Source: Cyanophora paradoxa CCMP329 (lineage: Eukaryota; Plantae; Glaucophyta). Taken from it: 64,000 nt of DNA. Every line of letters starts with the position of its first letter. Position 1 is the first letter of the stretch. Below are positions 38,422 through 51,079 of the stretch, piece after piece. The position numbers and the translations under genes are program-made. The stretch spans positions 1-64,000 of the forward strand of contig QPMI01000412.1 in assembly GCA_004431415.1 (NCBI GenBank), in the 5' to 3' direction. The notes under the pieces are model-generated. The model searched no databases. It was given only the letters and a program-made list of their open reading frames with translations, and was not told the DNA's origin.

Positions 38422-38536
38422 CCATGGCCAGCGCTTCGCGGCCCAGAGTCCCGCCAGAAAAGCGAGAGCTGCGCGCGAAATTCGACTTCAGGCCGAGCTT
38501 AAGCCTTCAAATTCTACGAAAGCCCGCTGCGCTTGA

Positions 38537-39508
38537 TCATGAGGGTGAGCGGGTTCCGCGCACCGAGTGCAAGAGCGTAGAAGGCGGGTCGCTGAATGGC
38601 AGTTGCGATTGCAGCTGCGGACGATGCGGCCCGCTCGAGAAGCTCCGGCGCGCGGGCAGCCGCAAGGCCCGCAACTGCTTTGGAATCAGCCGCGCGCGGA
38701 CGTGGATTTTAGATGCAAGCTTAAGATCTAGAGAAGCTGCCGGCACCTTCGCTGCCGCTCGCCGCGGCGGCAGGCCGCTCGAAGCGTACGAGAGCCGCGA
38801 GAAACGCCGTTGCAGCCCCTAGACCTGCAGCCGCCGCCGCCGCTCGATGAGCACGTGGGCGCGTAAATTGATCTGCGTGTCAGAAAGATGAGTTCGAGTA
38901 CAGGCCACGGCAATTCACTGGCGCGCGAATAAATCTCTTGCGCGCGATTTAATTTGAATTCCTCGAACCAAGTACTCTGCAAACCTTGATCGCGGCGAGC
39001 TTCTTCATGGCGAGCTCGAGGTTTAGGAGGCTTCGCGATCGAAGTGCATGTGCAGCTGCTCGAGGCTTCGTCAGAGTCTGCATGATCATGACGACTCGGC
39101 GAGCGCGAGATCTAGAAGATGGCGCATGCATAAGGGCGCATTCGTCGCACCGCGGGCTTCCTTCGTCCTCCTCCTGCATCGTTGCAAGATTGAACTCCGC
39201 GTCAAGATCATGAGCGTCGCCCGCGTGGCGATGCGCTGCAGGCGACTGCGGCTGCTTTTCTGCAGCTGGCACGAAATCGAAACGCGTGGGCACGCTGACT
39301 ATCTGCGGCCGCGGCCGCACGCTCCATGAGAGCGTCGCCCCAGAGCGACGCTGCTTCAGTTCCCCCAGTCGGCAGAACGCCGCGACGCGCCGCCGAGGCC
39401 AACGCAGCGCAAGAAGGCTATCCGCGCTTTCGGCTCTTTCCGCGATGGCTTGCGACCAGCTCGCTAAAGGCGCTGCAAAGACCGCGCCGTTGCCTGCGGC
39501 GAGCATGG
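38537..39508 (-). CDS. Hypothetical protein between the RING gene and VPS15 (copy 1 of 3; others ~46030-46987 minus and ~56117-57079 plus)
   Basis: Conserved blocks MLAAGNGAVF.APLASWSQ..RWPRRR and VVMIMQTLTKPRAA..LELAMK are present in all three duplicated units. Exon structure is unclear. Confidence 0.35.
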
Positions 39509-39780
39509 CGGGCCCGGGGCGCGGCTGGCCGAACTCGGAAAGGCCCGGAAGTTGGGGCTGAAACACAGGGACGGGTAGAGGGCCACGCTTCGTTCGCAGG
39601 CCGCTCAAGTCACATCCTCGCCTCTCCGCCCCTCTCGCGCTCGAGGATCCGGAGCTCGTCAGTCGAGAAGAGCGGCACGGGCTCGCTCCCTAGCCGCGGG
39701 GTAGGCGCGCGGTCGTGTGACCCCAAAAGCTCTAGCGGCCCGCGTCCCGGCGGAGGGCGCGCAGTCGCAAGCGCGGCGCG

Positions 39781-42700
39781 ATGGGGGCGGCAACGAGCGT
39801 CTCCGCGCCGGCGATGGCGGCGCAGGGCGACGTGCACCTGCTCGGCATGACCGGCCTCACCTTCGTCGACCACCTCGGGGGCAGCCGCTTCATGAAGACG
39901 ATCGAGGCGATCCACGACGAGGGCCACGTCGTCGTGAAGGTGTACGCGAAGCGCGACGCCATCGCCGCCCGCACTAGGAGCGCCTCGCGGTGCGCGTGCG
40001 GCCCGCCGCGCGTACGGGGCCGGGCCGGGCCGGCGCGCGAGGCCGACGGCGAAGCGGGCGCGCGCAGAGATCAAGAGGCTGCTGCCGCTGGACGAGTGCC
40101 CGAACGTGATGCCATTCCAGCGGACCGTGGAGACGGAGAAGGCGGCGTACCTCTTCCGGCAGCACTTCGCCTGCAACCTGCGCGACCGCCTCGTGTCCGC
40201 CCCGCCCGCCCGCCCGCCCGCCCGCCCGCCGCACCGCCGCGCACCGCCGCGGCCGACCGGGCGGGTGGGCGCAGGACGCGGCCGTTCCTGCTGGCGCTGG
40301 AGAAGCGCTGGATCGCGTTCCAGCTGCTCTCGGCGCTGGAGCAGATGCACGGGCGGGGCGTGTGCCACGGGGACGTCAAGCCGGAGAACGTGCTCCTGAC
40401 GACGTGGGACTGGGTCGTGCTGGCGGACGCGGCGCCCTACAAGCCGGCGCTGCTGCCCGAGGACCCGCCCTCCGACTTCTCGTTCTTCTTCGACGCTGCC
40501 GGCTCCCGCCGCTGCTGCCTCGCCCCGGAGCGATTCCTCCCCGCCCCGCACGCCCTAGCCCCCCCCCCCCCTCCTCCCCCTCCCCCTCGCCGTCCTCCAC
40601 GGCCCCGGCAGCGTCCGCGGGGGCCGGGGCGGCGGCGCTGACGCCGGCGATGGACGTGTTCGGGGCCGGCTGCGCGCTGGCGGAGCTGCTGCTCGACGGG
40701 GCGCCCCTCTTCGACCTCGGCGCGCTCCTCCGCTACCGCCGCGGCGAGGGCCCCGGGCCCGGCCCCGCCCTCGCCCGCATCCCCGACGCGCCCCTGCGCG
40801 CCCTCGTGGCGCATATGACGCAGCGCGACCCCGCCGCGCGCCTCCCCGCCGCCGCCTACCTCCTCCCGGGGCCGTGGAGGGCGCCGGCGGCGCCTTCCCG
40901 CCCTGCTTCCCGCGCCTGCACGCCTTCCTCGCCGGGCTCCGCCCCCTCGACCCGGATTCGCGTGTGGCGGCCCTCGCCCGCGCCCTGCCCGACCTCCTCG
41001 CGCTGGAGGGGCCCGCCGAGTGGCCCCCGCCGCCGCCGCCGCCCCCGCCGCCCTCCTCGCGCGCCGCCCGCGCCGCCGCGCCGGCCGCCCTCGCGGAGGA
41101 GGTGCGCGCCCTCGCCCGCGACTTCGAGCGCTGGCGCGCCGCCCTCGCCTCGCCCCCGGTCCGCGCCTCCCGCCCCCCCGCGCCCCCGCCCCGCCCCTTC
41201 GCCCCTCACCCTTCTGCGCAGGCCGGCGTGCGGAGCCCGCCGCCGGGCGGCCCGCCGCCGCCGCCGGCGATCGCCTCGCCCGGCCCCTCCACGCCCTCCA
41301 CGGCCCGCGCCCGGCCCGTCGTCCCTGAGCCCCGGGAGGCCCCGCGGCCCTCGCCCCCCGAGTCCCCCGCCACGCCGCCGCGGCCGGGCAACGGGTCGCT
41401 GCTCCAGCCCCAGCCGGGGGCGGGCGGGTCGGGCCCGGGCCCGGCGCGGGGCACGCCGGCGGCGATCCTCGCCGGCGCACTATGCGCCGCCTTCCGGAGC
41501 CTGCGCCTGCCCGAGTCGAAGCTGCGCGTTCTCGACCTCATGCTTCAGGCGCGCGAGCGCCGGCCCCGCCCCGCTCCACCCGCCGATCTGATCTGATCTG
41601 ATCTGATCTGATCTGAGCCGGCCTCAGATCTCGCCGGCGGTGGAGGACGAGGTCCGGCTCCAGCGGCTCGTGCCCTTCGCCGCGACGGCCCTCACCGACG
41701 CCGCGCCCCGCGTCCGCGCCGCCGCCCTCCGCACCCTCACCGCCCTCGTCCGCCCCACCCCGCCCCTCCCGCCCCCATCCCGCCCCGCCCCAGCTGAGCT
41801 CGGCGGGAACCAGCTGGGGGCGGTGGGGGCGGTGCCGGAAGGGGAGGGGCCCCTCTTCGCCGAGTACGTCCTACCCGCCCTCTCCTCCCTCGCCGCCGAC
41901 CCCGACGAGGTGCCGTACCCCCCTCCCCCACCCTCTCCCACCCCCCCTCCGACCCCCTCCGAGCAGCTGGTGCGAGTGGAGTACGCGGCGAGGCTGGCGG
42001 ACCTCGCCGACACCGCCCGCCGCTTCCTCGACACCTCCCTCGTGCGCCCCGCCCTTGGCGTATCTTCTTCTTTCCTTTGATCGGCCCGCGCAGCTCGCCC
42101 GGCACCGCGCCGCCGCCGCCGCCGCCGCCGCTGCCGCCGCCGCCGCCGCGGGGGCCATGGCACGGGCGCCATCCCTCGCCCCGCTCGCCTCGCCGGCCGG
42201 GAGCCCGCCCCCACGGGCGAGTCTCCCCGCGGCCGCCCCCACGTCGCCGGCGAGGACGGGGCCGGGTCCGGCCCCGGGGCCCCCGCCCCTCTCGTACGAC
42301 TCGGAGCTCCATGGGCTCCAAGAGGCCTTCTCGCGGTGCGCGCGGCCCCGCCCTGCTTTAGCCTTCGCCCAAGCTCGAGCTTCCTGCTGAGGGCCGCTTC
42401 GCCCCCGCGCAGGCTGGTGATGGATATGATGTCGCGGGACGCGCCCAGCGCCGTCCGTACCGTCCTCCTCGCCGTGAGCACAGCACGCCCTCAGCATGCC
42501 CCGCCGTCCTTAAGCTTCCCGTCGGGCGCCGACGGCCGCGGCCTTGCGCGCAGGAGATGGACCGGCTGTGCGTGATGCTGGGGCGCGAGCGCGCCGCCAA
42601 CGTCGCCCTCCCGCTCCTCATCTCCACCCTCAACGACCGCGACCCCCAGGCGCGCCCCCTCAAGATCTAATCTGATCTGACCTGACCTGACCTGATCTGA

Positions 42701-43583
42701 TTTCTCCCCCCGGCAGCTGCGGCGGGGCTTCTTCCGGGCGGCGCAGGGGATGGCTTGCTTCTTGGGCCCGGCGGCCCTCCACGAGTTCCTCCTCCCCTGC
42801 ATCCTCCAGGCCCGCCCGCCCGCCCGCCCCCAGCGCCCTCAAATCGAATTTGATCCGCGTCTTAAAACTTCCCACGCGCCCGCAGGCCTTCCAGGACGCG
42901 GAGGAGGGGCTGCTGGCTGCCGCCCTCGCCGCGCTCGCCGCCCTCTGCCGCCTCGAGCTCGTCCGCCCCGCCCCGCTCTGCGCCGAGGTCGCCCCGCGGG
43001 CGGCGCCCCTCCTCCTCTACCCGGGCCTCACCGTCCGCCGCGAGGCGGCGCGCCTCCTCGCGACGGCGGCGGCGCTCCTCGGCCCCGCCGACGCCTTCTG
43101 CGGCCTGCTGCCCGTCCTGCGGCCCGTCCTCGCGCGCGAGCCGCCCCGCCTCGAGAGCCCCGAGGCGATCCTCGCCTCCCTACCGCCCCCCGTGCTGCTC
43201 TTTCCCTTCTGCCCTCCCCTTTATTTGCTCCTCGCCCCTCACGCGTCGTCCGCGCAGGTCTCCCGAGAGGCCTTCGCCCGCGCCGTCGTCGCCGCCGCCG
43301 CCGCCGTGCGCCCCGTCCCTTCCTCGCCTGACCTGCCCGCCCCCTCGCCCGCCTGACCACTTTGCAGGCGGCGGCTCCGCCGACGGAGCAGCGGCGCCCG
43401 TCCGAGTCGGCCGCGGGCGCCACGCCGGCCGGCTTCTCCCCCGCGCTGGCCTCCCTGCGCTCCCTCGACCCCGCTGAGCGCTCCCCCCCCCCTCTCCGCC
43501 TCGGCGCCCATCGCCATGCTGCTCCGGCCGGGGCCCGCGCCGCGCGGCCCGGCCTCATCGCGCCCCTCGTCGGCAGCCCGCCC
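39781..43583 (+). pseudogene. VPS15: 3'-truncated VPS15/PIK3R4 copy (pseudokinase plus HEAT, no WD40)
   Basis: MGAATS..LGGSRFMKTIEAIHDEGHVVVKVY, HGDVKPENVLLTTWDWVVLADAAPYKP..FFFDAAGSRRCCLAPERF, HEAT exons (LNDRDPQ|LRRGFF, LQ|AFQDAEE). Identity to the minus-strand copy stops at ~43583. Confidence 0.85.
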
Positions 43584-44262
43584 GCCGTTCCCCTTTCCCT
43601 CCCACCCTCCTCCCCACCCACTCTCCTCCGCCCCCTCCTCACCCCTCTTCCTCCCGGCCATGGCCTCCTCCGGCGCCGATTGTTCGGGCTCCAGCCGCCC
43701 CATTGGCGAAATACTTGCACGTGAGTGTCAACCCGCAGGCTCGATCCCGGTCTCCCATCCCTCGCCCTTCCGCTCCACTCCTCAAGGCTCGCTCCCGTGC
43801 CCGTCCCACCCGTCCGGCCTGCCTCGCTGCCCCTCGCGTTGGAGTGTTGCGCTTTTCTCAGGAGTAGCGAATGTTTTCTCTTTTTTTTATTATTGGCGGA
43901 TGTTTTCAAGTTGTCTTTTCAGATAACAGATCATGATTATAAGCTGTGTTCGACGCTGCTCGGTTGCGCGCTCGTGTTTTCCGGATTCAATTATTGTATA
44001 ATGTTCGACTCGGCGAAATAGCTGCGCACTTTCTTCCCGAGAATTATTTCTTCCATCTAGGCTAGGATTTCAGTACAGTTTCACCGAGTCAGCTAAAGCT
44101 TTTTTCAGTTTTCCGAAGTTTCCCCCCTTTTCTGCAGCTGCACTAACCGCGCCGCTCAGTGACTTCAGCCTTCGAATTCGAATTCCCGGGCGAGGGCCAC
44201 GCGGGGCCGGGCCGCCTCCCTCTCCGATCCAATTGCAATTGCACACTGCCCGCCGCACACTC

Positions 44263-47206
44263 TAGTTGACTTCCAATTAATTGGATGCCTGTATATATAC
44301 TATGATACGATCAGTGAGCTGCAAACGAGGCTAATTATAAGGTCTACGACAAGACCGACAGCTACGAGCTACGAGGGTTCTGCAGCTGGGGCTCGAAATT
44401 CAAACTGCGAATTCGAAATCGGGGGCTCGAACAGCCGGCTTGTTACCCTCAGTAAATCTACTTTACTACGGCGCAAACGGAAAAAATACGCTGAACATCG
44501 CAATCATCGCAGCGACGCTAGGTATGATGATTATACGTGCGAACTCGATTCCTCCGTGGAGCGCAATCCGACCGTTTTCCTCGTAGGCTTCGCGCACGCC
44601 GGCCCCGAAGAAGGCCGGGCCGAGGACGCGCTCCCACCAGCCGAGCTGCCGCTCGAGGGCGCATGTGGCCCACTCGGGCGCGCGCCGCGTGAAGGGCGTT
44701 AGAACGTAGGCGAGCACCGATGCCTGGACCAGGGCCAGGAGCGCGATTGGGCCCAGGATCGGCCCCTGCCAGCGAAAGAGCAGCGCGTTGGCACGCCAGA
44801 GGGCGACGAAGGCAGCGCCGGCGAGCGCGCAGTACGCCGCGAGGACGGCGAGGAGCTGGAGCGCGAGGAGGAGGGACAGGGGCGCGTGCTTGAGGCTCGC
44901 GAGCCGCCGGCCGGCCTCGGCACGGAGGACGCCCCAGTCCGACGGCTCGGCGGGACCCGGAGGGGGCGTGGCGGCGGGGGCGGAGGGGGCGGCCGCATCT
45001 CGCGCCAGCTCGCGGCGATATCGCCGGCCGCGCCGCGGGGAGCTCGAGCCGATGACGGGCCTGGGGCGGTCGCGGTCGTCCGCCGCGCTCGGCGCCGCAG
45101 CTGCAGCCTTCGACGCCGACTCGCGATCGGCGGCGTCGGCGGAGGAGAGGGCCGGAGACAGCGGCTGAGGCCGGGTCCCTTCCGCTTCGAATTCCGCGCC
45201 GGCGCCGGCGCGGCCCTCGAGCGCCAGGTCGGTCTGCGCGCGCGCCAAAATGTTAGGCCGGGCCCGCGCCCCCTGTGCCCCCGGCTCTGACCTCGGGGTC
45301 GTAGAGGACGGGGCTCGCAGCGGCGCGGAACGCGGCCTCGCACTCGGGACCCACCTCCCGCCACCGCGCCTGCCCGCCCCGCCCGCGGCCGCGCCGCCCG
45401 CCCGCGTGAGGCCTACGGGCGATACGAAGTGGGGGGTGGGGAGGGGGGTACGAGGGCACCCGAATGCGGCGCAGAGAGAGGCTCAAGTACGGCCCCTCGG
45501 CCCCCGAGAGGCCCTCTGCGCCCGCAGTGAGCGATTCGCGCGTCGGAGGCGCGCGCGCGCCCCACGGACCACAGACGGGGCAGATCTCCGCCGCGCCTCC
45601 CGCCCGCCGGCGCTCCAGGCACTGCTTGTGGAAGCTGCGCAAGTGCGATTCCGAGTAAATTAAGCACGGCCTGAACGATGCGCGCGGACGACCGCACTTG
45701 TGCCCGCAGAAGAGGTACCCGTCCGAGGGGCGCGAGACCGGATCGAAGCAGATCGCGCAGAGGTCTCCCGTGTACCCCGGCTCGTGCCGCAGTTTCTGCA
45801 GCTCCTGCGCGGACCCAAAGAACTGTCACGAACTTCAATCCGATTTAAAATTCGATCGCCCTCACCTCCAGAGCGCGAGCGGCGGGGGGTACGGAGTTCT
45901 CTGGCGGGTCCTGGCGATCAGCTCGCGACCCCCTTGGCCAGGGCCACATCCATGGCCAGCGCTTCGCGGCCCAGAGTCCCGCCAGAAAAGCGAGAGCTGT
46001 GCGAGAAATCGGACTTCAGGCCGAGCTTAAGCCTTCGAATTCAACGAAAGCCCGCTGTGCTTGATAATACGGGCGCGCGGGTTCCGCGTACCGATCGCGA
46101 GTGCGATCGCGAGAGCGTAGAAGGCGGGTCGCTGGATGGCAGTTGCGATTGCAGCTGCGGACGATGCGGCCCGCTCGAGAAGCTCTGGCGCGCGGGTAGC
46201 CACAACTGCGGTGGCATCGGCCGCGGCGGACGTGGATCTCAGACGCAAACGAGGCTGCTTGCACCTTCGCTGCCGCTCGCCGCGGCGGCAGGCCGCTCGA
46301 AGTGTACGAGAGCCCCGAGAAACGCCGTTGCGGCCCCTAGGCCTGCAGCCGCCGCCGCCGCTCGAAGACGTGGGCGCGTAAATTGATCTGCGTGTCAGAA
46401 AGAAGATGAGTTCGAGCACAGGCCACGGCAGTTCACTGGCGCGCGAATAAATCTCTTGCGCGCGATTTAATTTGAATTCCTCGAACTAAGTACTCTGCAA
46501 ACCTTGATCGCGGTGAGCTCCTTCATGGCGAGCTCGAGGTTTAGGAGGCTTCGAAGTGAATGTGCAGCTGCTCGAGGCTTCGTCAGAGTCTGCATGATCA
46601 TGACGACTCGGCGCGCGCGCGCGCGAGAAGATATCGATGCGCGCAATCGCCGCACCTCGAGCTTGCGCCTTCGTTATCCTCCTGCATCGTCACAGAATCT
46701 TCGCCCGCGTGATGATGGGCTGCAGGCGTCTGCAGCTGCGCATGCGGCTGCGGCTGCTTCTCGGCCACGGTGATTGTGACTCTCTGCGGCCGCGGTCGCA
46801 CGCTCCATGAGATCGTCGCCCCAGAGCGACGCTGCTTCAGTTCCCGCAGTCGGCAGAACGCCGCGACGCGCCGCCGAGGCCAACGCAGCGCAAGAAGGCT
46901 ATCCGCGCTTTCGCCTCTCTCCGCGATGGCTTGCGACCAGCTCGCTAAAGGCGCTACAAAGACCGCGCCGCTGCCGGCGGCGAGCATGGCGGGCCCGGGG
47001 CGCGGCTGGCCGAATCCGAAAGGCCCGGAAGTTGAGGCCGAAACACGGGGACGGGTAGAGGGCCGCGCTTCGTTCGCAGATCGCTCAAGTCGGGTGTGCT
47101 CGCCTCTCCGCCCCTCACGCGCTCGAGGATCCGGAGCTCGTCCGAGAAGAGCGGCAAGGGCTCGCTCCCCAGCCGCGGAGGAGGCGTGCGGTCGTGTGAC
47201 CCAAAA
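44263..47206. repeat. Direct duplication of ~36560-39727 (RING gene, hypothetical gene, VPS15 upstream region), ending ~55 bp before the VPS15 ATG
   Basis: Colinear high similarity, ending at gtcgtgtgacccaaaa. Confidence 0.88.
44466..45949 (-). CDS. RING-H2/TM protein, copy 2
   Basis: Same exon series as copy 1 (CAICFDP..CGH; FHKQCL..CPVC) with a different C-terminal TM tail. Confidence 0.75.
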
Positions 47207-47719
47207 TTAAATTAAATTAAAGCTCGTGTGACTCCGCCCCATGGCCATGCATATATACGTAGTAATAGTCTCGGATCCGATAACTTTTTCTAGTTTTCGC
47301 TGGGTTCTCGGTTTTTTTTCCAACGGAACCCAACTTCCTGAGACGGGGACTTCAACGCCCGCGTAACGGCGCCAGTTTCCGGATAGCCCCAAGTCTAAGG
47401 GCCTCATAGCCCGGACCAGCGCCGCTGAAAGACGCGTCCTAAGCGACCTCGGGATTGCATATCGACATACACTCGCTTCCGGGCGCACGCGGAGCGCAGC
47501 CTGGGCGCCGAAAATGACTATGAGCACTATATAAAGTGAATTCTCGAGCGGCAGCCCTTAATCTGCGGCAGCAGCTGAGATCGCCCTCGCCCGTTTGCAC
47601 GGCCAAAAAAGGCCGAAAAGACCCAAGCGTACCCCCCTCAGCGGCTACGGCGCTACGCCAGCCAGCTTCCCAGCCGGCGCCAGCAGCGTCGCGCGCACGT
47701 CGAGGCGCGCAATCGAACG

Positions 47720-47970
47720 CGCCAAGCGTATCGAATGCGCATGCTCGGGGCCCGTCCGGCGAACCTCGCTCTTTGGGCCAGGTGAGCCAGCGGCCCGGCC
47801 GGAAGGCTCTCGCAACGATCTCTGAGCTATCCGCCCGCAGATGGCCTCCGTCGCGCGCGCCCGCAGTCCGCAGGGCGCCCAAGCGCATCGAATGCCCGGG
47901 GCCCGTCCGGCGTGGCCTCGCTCTTTGGGCCAGGTACCGGTGGCTCTCGCCCGCAGTCCGCAGGGCAGGG
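47720..47970. repeat. Imperfect tandem repeat (~157-bp period)
   Basis: caagcg.atcgaatgc..ggggcccgtccggcg..cctcgctctttgggccaggt occurs twice, as does gcccgcagtccgcagggc. Confidence 0.7.
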
Positions 47971-48551
47971 CGTCCAATTTTCAAGTCCAATTTGCATGTA
48001 CTTTCTGCTATACATGTACATTCTGCGATGCATTATATTATGAGATCGATGCATTCGAATTCCGCCGAGGCTCTCAGAGTCTTCATCCCACACCACTATT
48101 ACTGCCTCCCATGCCTGACTCCGGGAAAGTTCGGCGCGCCACCTGACTCCGGGTTAATCCCCCCTTATACCCCCTTATAGCTTGCCTCCACACAGCCCCC
48201 GCCGAGAGCATCTCGGGTCCTGGTTCTCGATATATATGGCCACCGGCGAGGGACCTAGCTATATAGGTATATACAGTTCCGAAGTTCCCTCGTTTCTAGA
48301 TCATCGGATCATCGGATCTTTCCTTCCCTCGAGGGGAGAACGAGGGGACGAGGGGAGTCACGTGCACAGAGTGAGCCCGGCGGGGACAGGGCGGAGACGA
48401 GGGGGCATGGGAAGGACCGCGGCCGGCTTCCTATTTGATGATCATGAAGGAAGGGGCGAAGGAAGGAGCATCCCCATAGATATAGCTATAGATACCTATA
48501 GCGTATATATACCTACAGCTATAGATAGAATAGATAGCCGCTGAGCTAAAG

Positions 48552-51038
48552 CTACTTCCAGACCTTGATGGCGCCGTCGCGGGAGGCGGAGAGGAGCACG
48601 CGGCTCGGGCTCGCCGCGAACCGCACGTCCAGCACCGCGTCCCCGTGGTGCGCCGGCGCCGCAGGCACCCGCGCGCTCCGCTCCGGCTGCGACGCCGAGG
48701 GGGGCGCCGCCGCCGCCGGCGTCGGCGGGGCCACCTCGCGGCAGTAGGCCACCCCGTTCACGGTCTCGTGCACGTACGAGAAGCGCTCCGGCCCGGCGCC
48801 GGCCGCGGCGCCGGCGGCCGGCGGCCCGCAGATGACGTACGAGTCGGTCCCGGCGAGGTCCCACCAGCGGACGCGCCCGTCGGAGCCGGCGGTGACGAGG
48901 CCCGACCAGCCGTCCGGTGCGCACAGCTGCGCCCGGATCGACGGCTCCGCCCGCAGCGCCCCCGCGCTCCCCAGCTCCTGCGCCGCGGCGCGTCAGAGGC
49001 CTAGCCTCCTAAGCCTAGGCCTGGGGCGGAAGCTTCGGCCTAGGGCGGAAGGGGCGGCACCTCGATGGCCCCATTCAGGTCCGCCCCGGCAACGCCGTCC
49101 GCCCCGGCGGAGGGGTCGGCGGAGGGCGAGGGCGAGGGCGGCTCGGGGGCCCCCAGGGGCCGGGCGGGGCACGAGGCCTGGAAGACGCGGACCGCCTCGC
49201 CCGCGTCCAGGGGGTACACCGAAACTTCGTTGCGCCCCGCCGCCACGCAGACACGTGGCGCCCCGCCGCGCGCCCCCGCCGCGCCGTCCCGCGCCGCGGG
49301 GCCCCAGCTCGACGAGGGGTACAGCAATAGGCTGTGGATGCGCCTGCGCGAACAAGCACGTGAGCCGCGCTCTGATCACATATCAGAAGATTCTCTCTCT
49401 AGTCCTGGGGGCGCACGAGCGGGCCGGGTGGCGCCAGGAGCGGACGGGTACGGCGAATCGCAGGTCCCACAGGAGGAGCGCCCCCCGGTGGGTGCCCCCA
49501 AGCAGCCAGCGGCCCGACACGTCCGCCAGCGCCGCCGTCAGGAAGCCGTCCGAGGGCGCCACGGGCAGGCTCCACGCCGGCCGCTCCGGCCGCGCCCGCA
49601 GGTCCATTGCCACCGCCGCCCCGGAGCGCTGCGGGGCCCGTGAGCGGCGAGCGAAGCGGACATCGATTATCAGCTTATCTTCTTTTACAACTAATCTCTC
49701 TGATAAAATCTTAATCTTAAGCTTAGAGCGGAGCTGGCGGCCCTAGCCTCGAGCCCGGATCGGACCTGGGAGGCGGCCAGGAGGAGGGCCTGCGCCCCGT
49801 ACGGGTCGAGCAGCTCCAGCACCGTAACAGGGTTGGCGCCCGCGCCGGCTCCCGCGCAGGGGAGGGCGGCCCGGCGGGCGCGGGCGGGGCGCGCCCCCGC
49901 CTCCAGGTCGAAGAGGGCGATCGACCCCGCGTCGGCGCCCGCCGCGAGGCCGCGGCCCCGCTCGAAGAAGGCGACGGCCCGGGCCCGGCCCCCAAGGCCG
50001 CCGCCCTGCGCCGGCGCCGCCCTCAGAGCGCGCGGGGCCGCCCGAACGGAGCAGGGCGCGCGCGGCACAGCTTCGATCTAGAGCTCGAGCTTAGATAGCA
50101 TCTTGATCCCATCTTCTTGCGCGTGTAGCTCTAAAAATGAGATACGATCTTAATCCCATCTTCTTATTAATTCCCGCGCACGGCGACGGTCTAAGCTAGG
50201 TTTAGGAGGTACGTAGAGAAGGTCTAAGCTAGTGCTCTAAGCTATATATATGAGCTCTTAGCTTACATCGGAAGTGCTCTCATCTCTCGTCTGATAGATT
50301 AGATAGTATCTTAACCCCATCTTCTTATCGATTCCCGCGCACGGCGTCGAAGGCGGAGAGGGTCGCCCTTGGCTAAGATCTTCCTCTTATCTCCTTGTAC
50401 GCAATAATAGTAATAAAGCTTGGCATCTAGCTTAGTAATATAGATCGATCTCTTAATCTTGTGCGAGGGACCCAGCGCACGGCGTCGGAGGTCGAGAGGG
50501 TCGCCCTGGGGTCGAACGCGACGTCCCGCTCGAGGCGGGCGCAGTCCCACAGCTTGCACGTCCCGTCGTCCGACGCCGTCGCAAAGAGCGGCGCCGGGGA
50601 CCCCTCCGCCGCGACCGCGATCTGCACATGCAGCCGGCGTGAAAAGATTAAGAAGATTAAGAAGCTTAGAGGCTCTTAGGAAGGCGGGCAGCCGGCGTGA
50701 ACGGCGTGAAACGCGGCTCGAAATGGAGCTGAAGGGAAGGAAAAATCAACAGGAACTTCAAGAAAGATCAGAAGAAGCTAGAAAGAGGCTCAATAGAAGT
50801 TTGAGAGGAGATCAGAAGAAGTTTAAAATAGCTTTTAGAAACCCGGAGGAGGCTGGCTCAATAGCTTTAAATAGCTTTCGGAGGAGGCTTCTGAGCTCAG
50901 AAGAGGCTTCGAAGGGGCGGGGGCGCACGCGGTTGACGGCGGCGTCGTGGGCGGGGAGGTGGAGGGCGAGGACGCCCCGGGGCCGCCAGTCCCGCGCCCA
51001 GTCATCCCGGCCCCTGAAGCCTGGGGTGAGGGAGAGGG

Positions 51039-51079
<41 letters not shown>

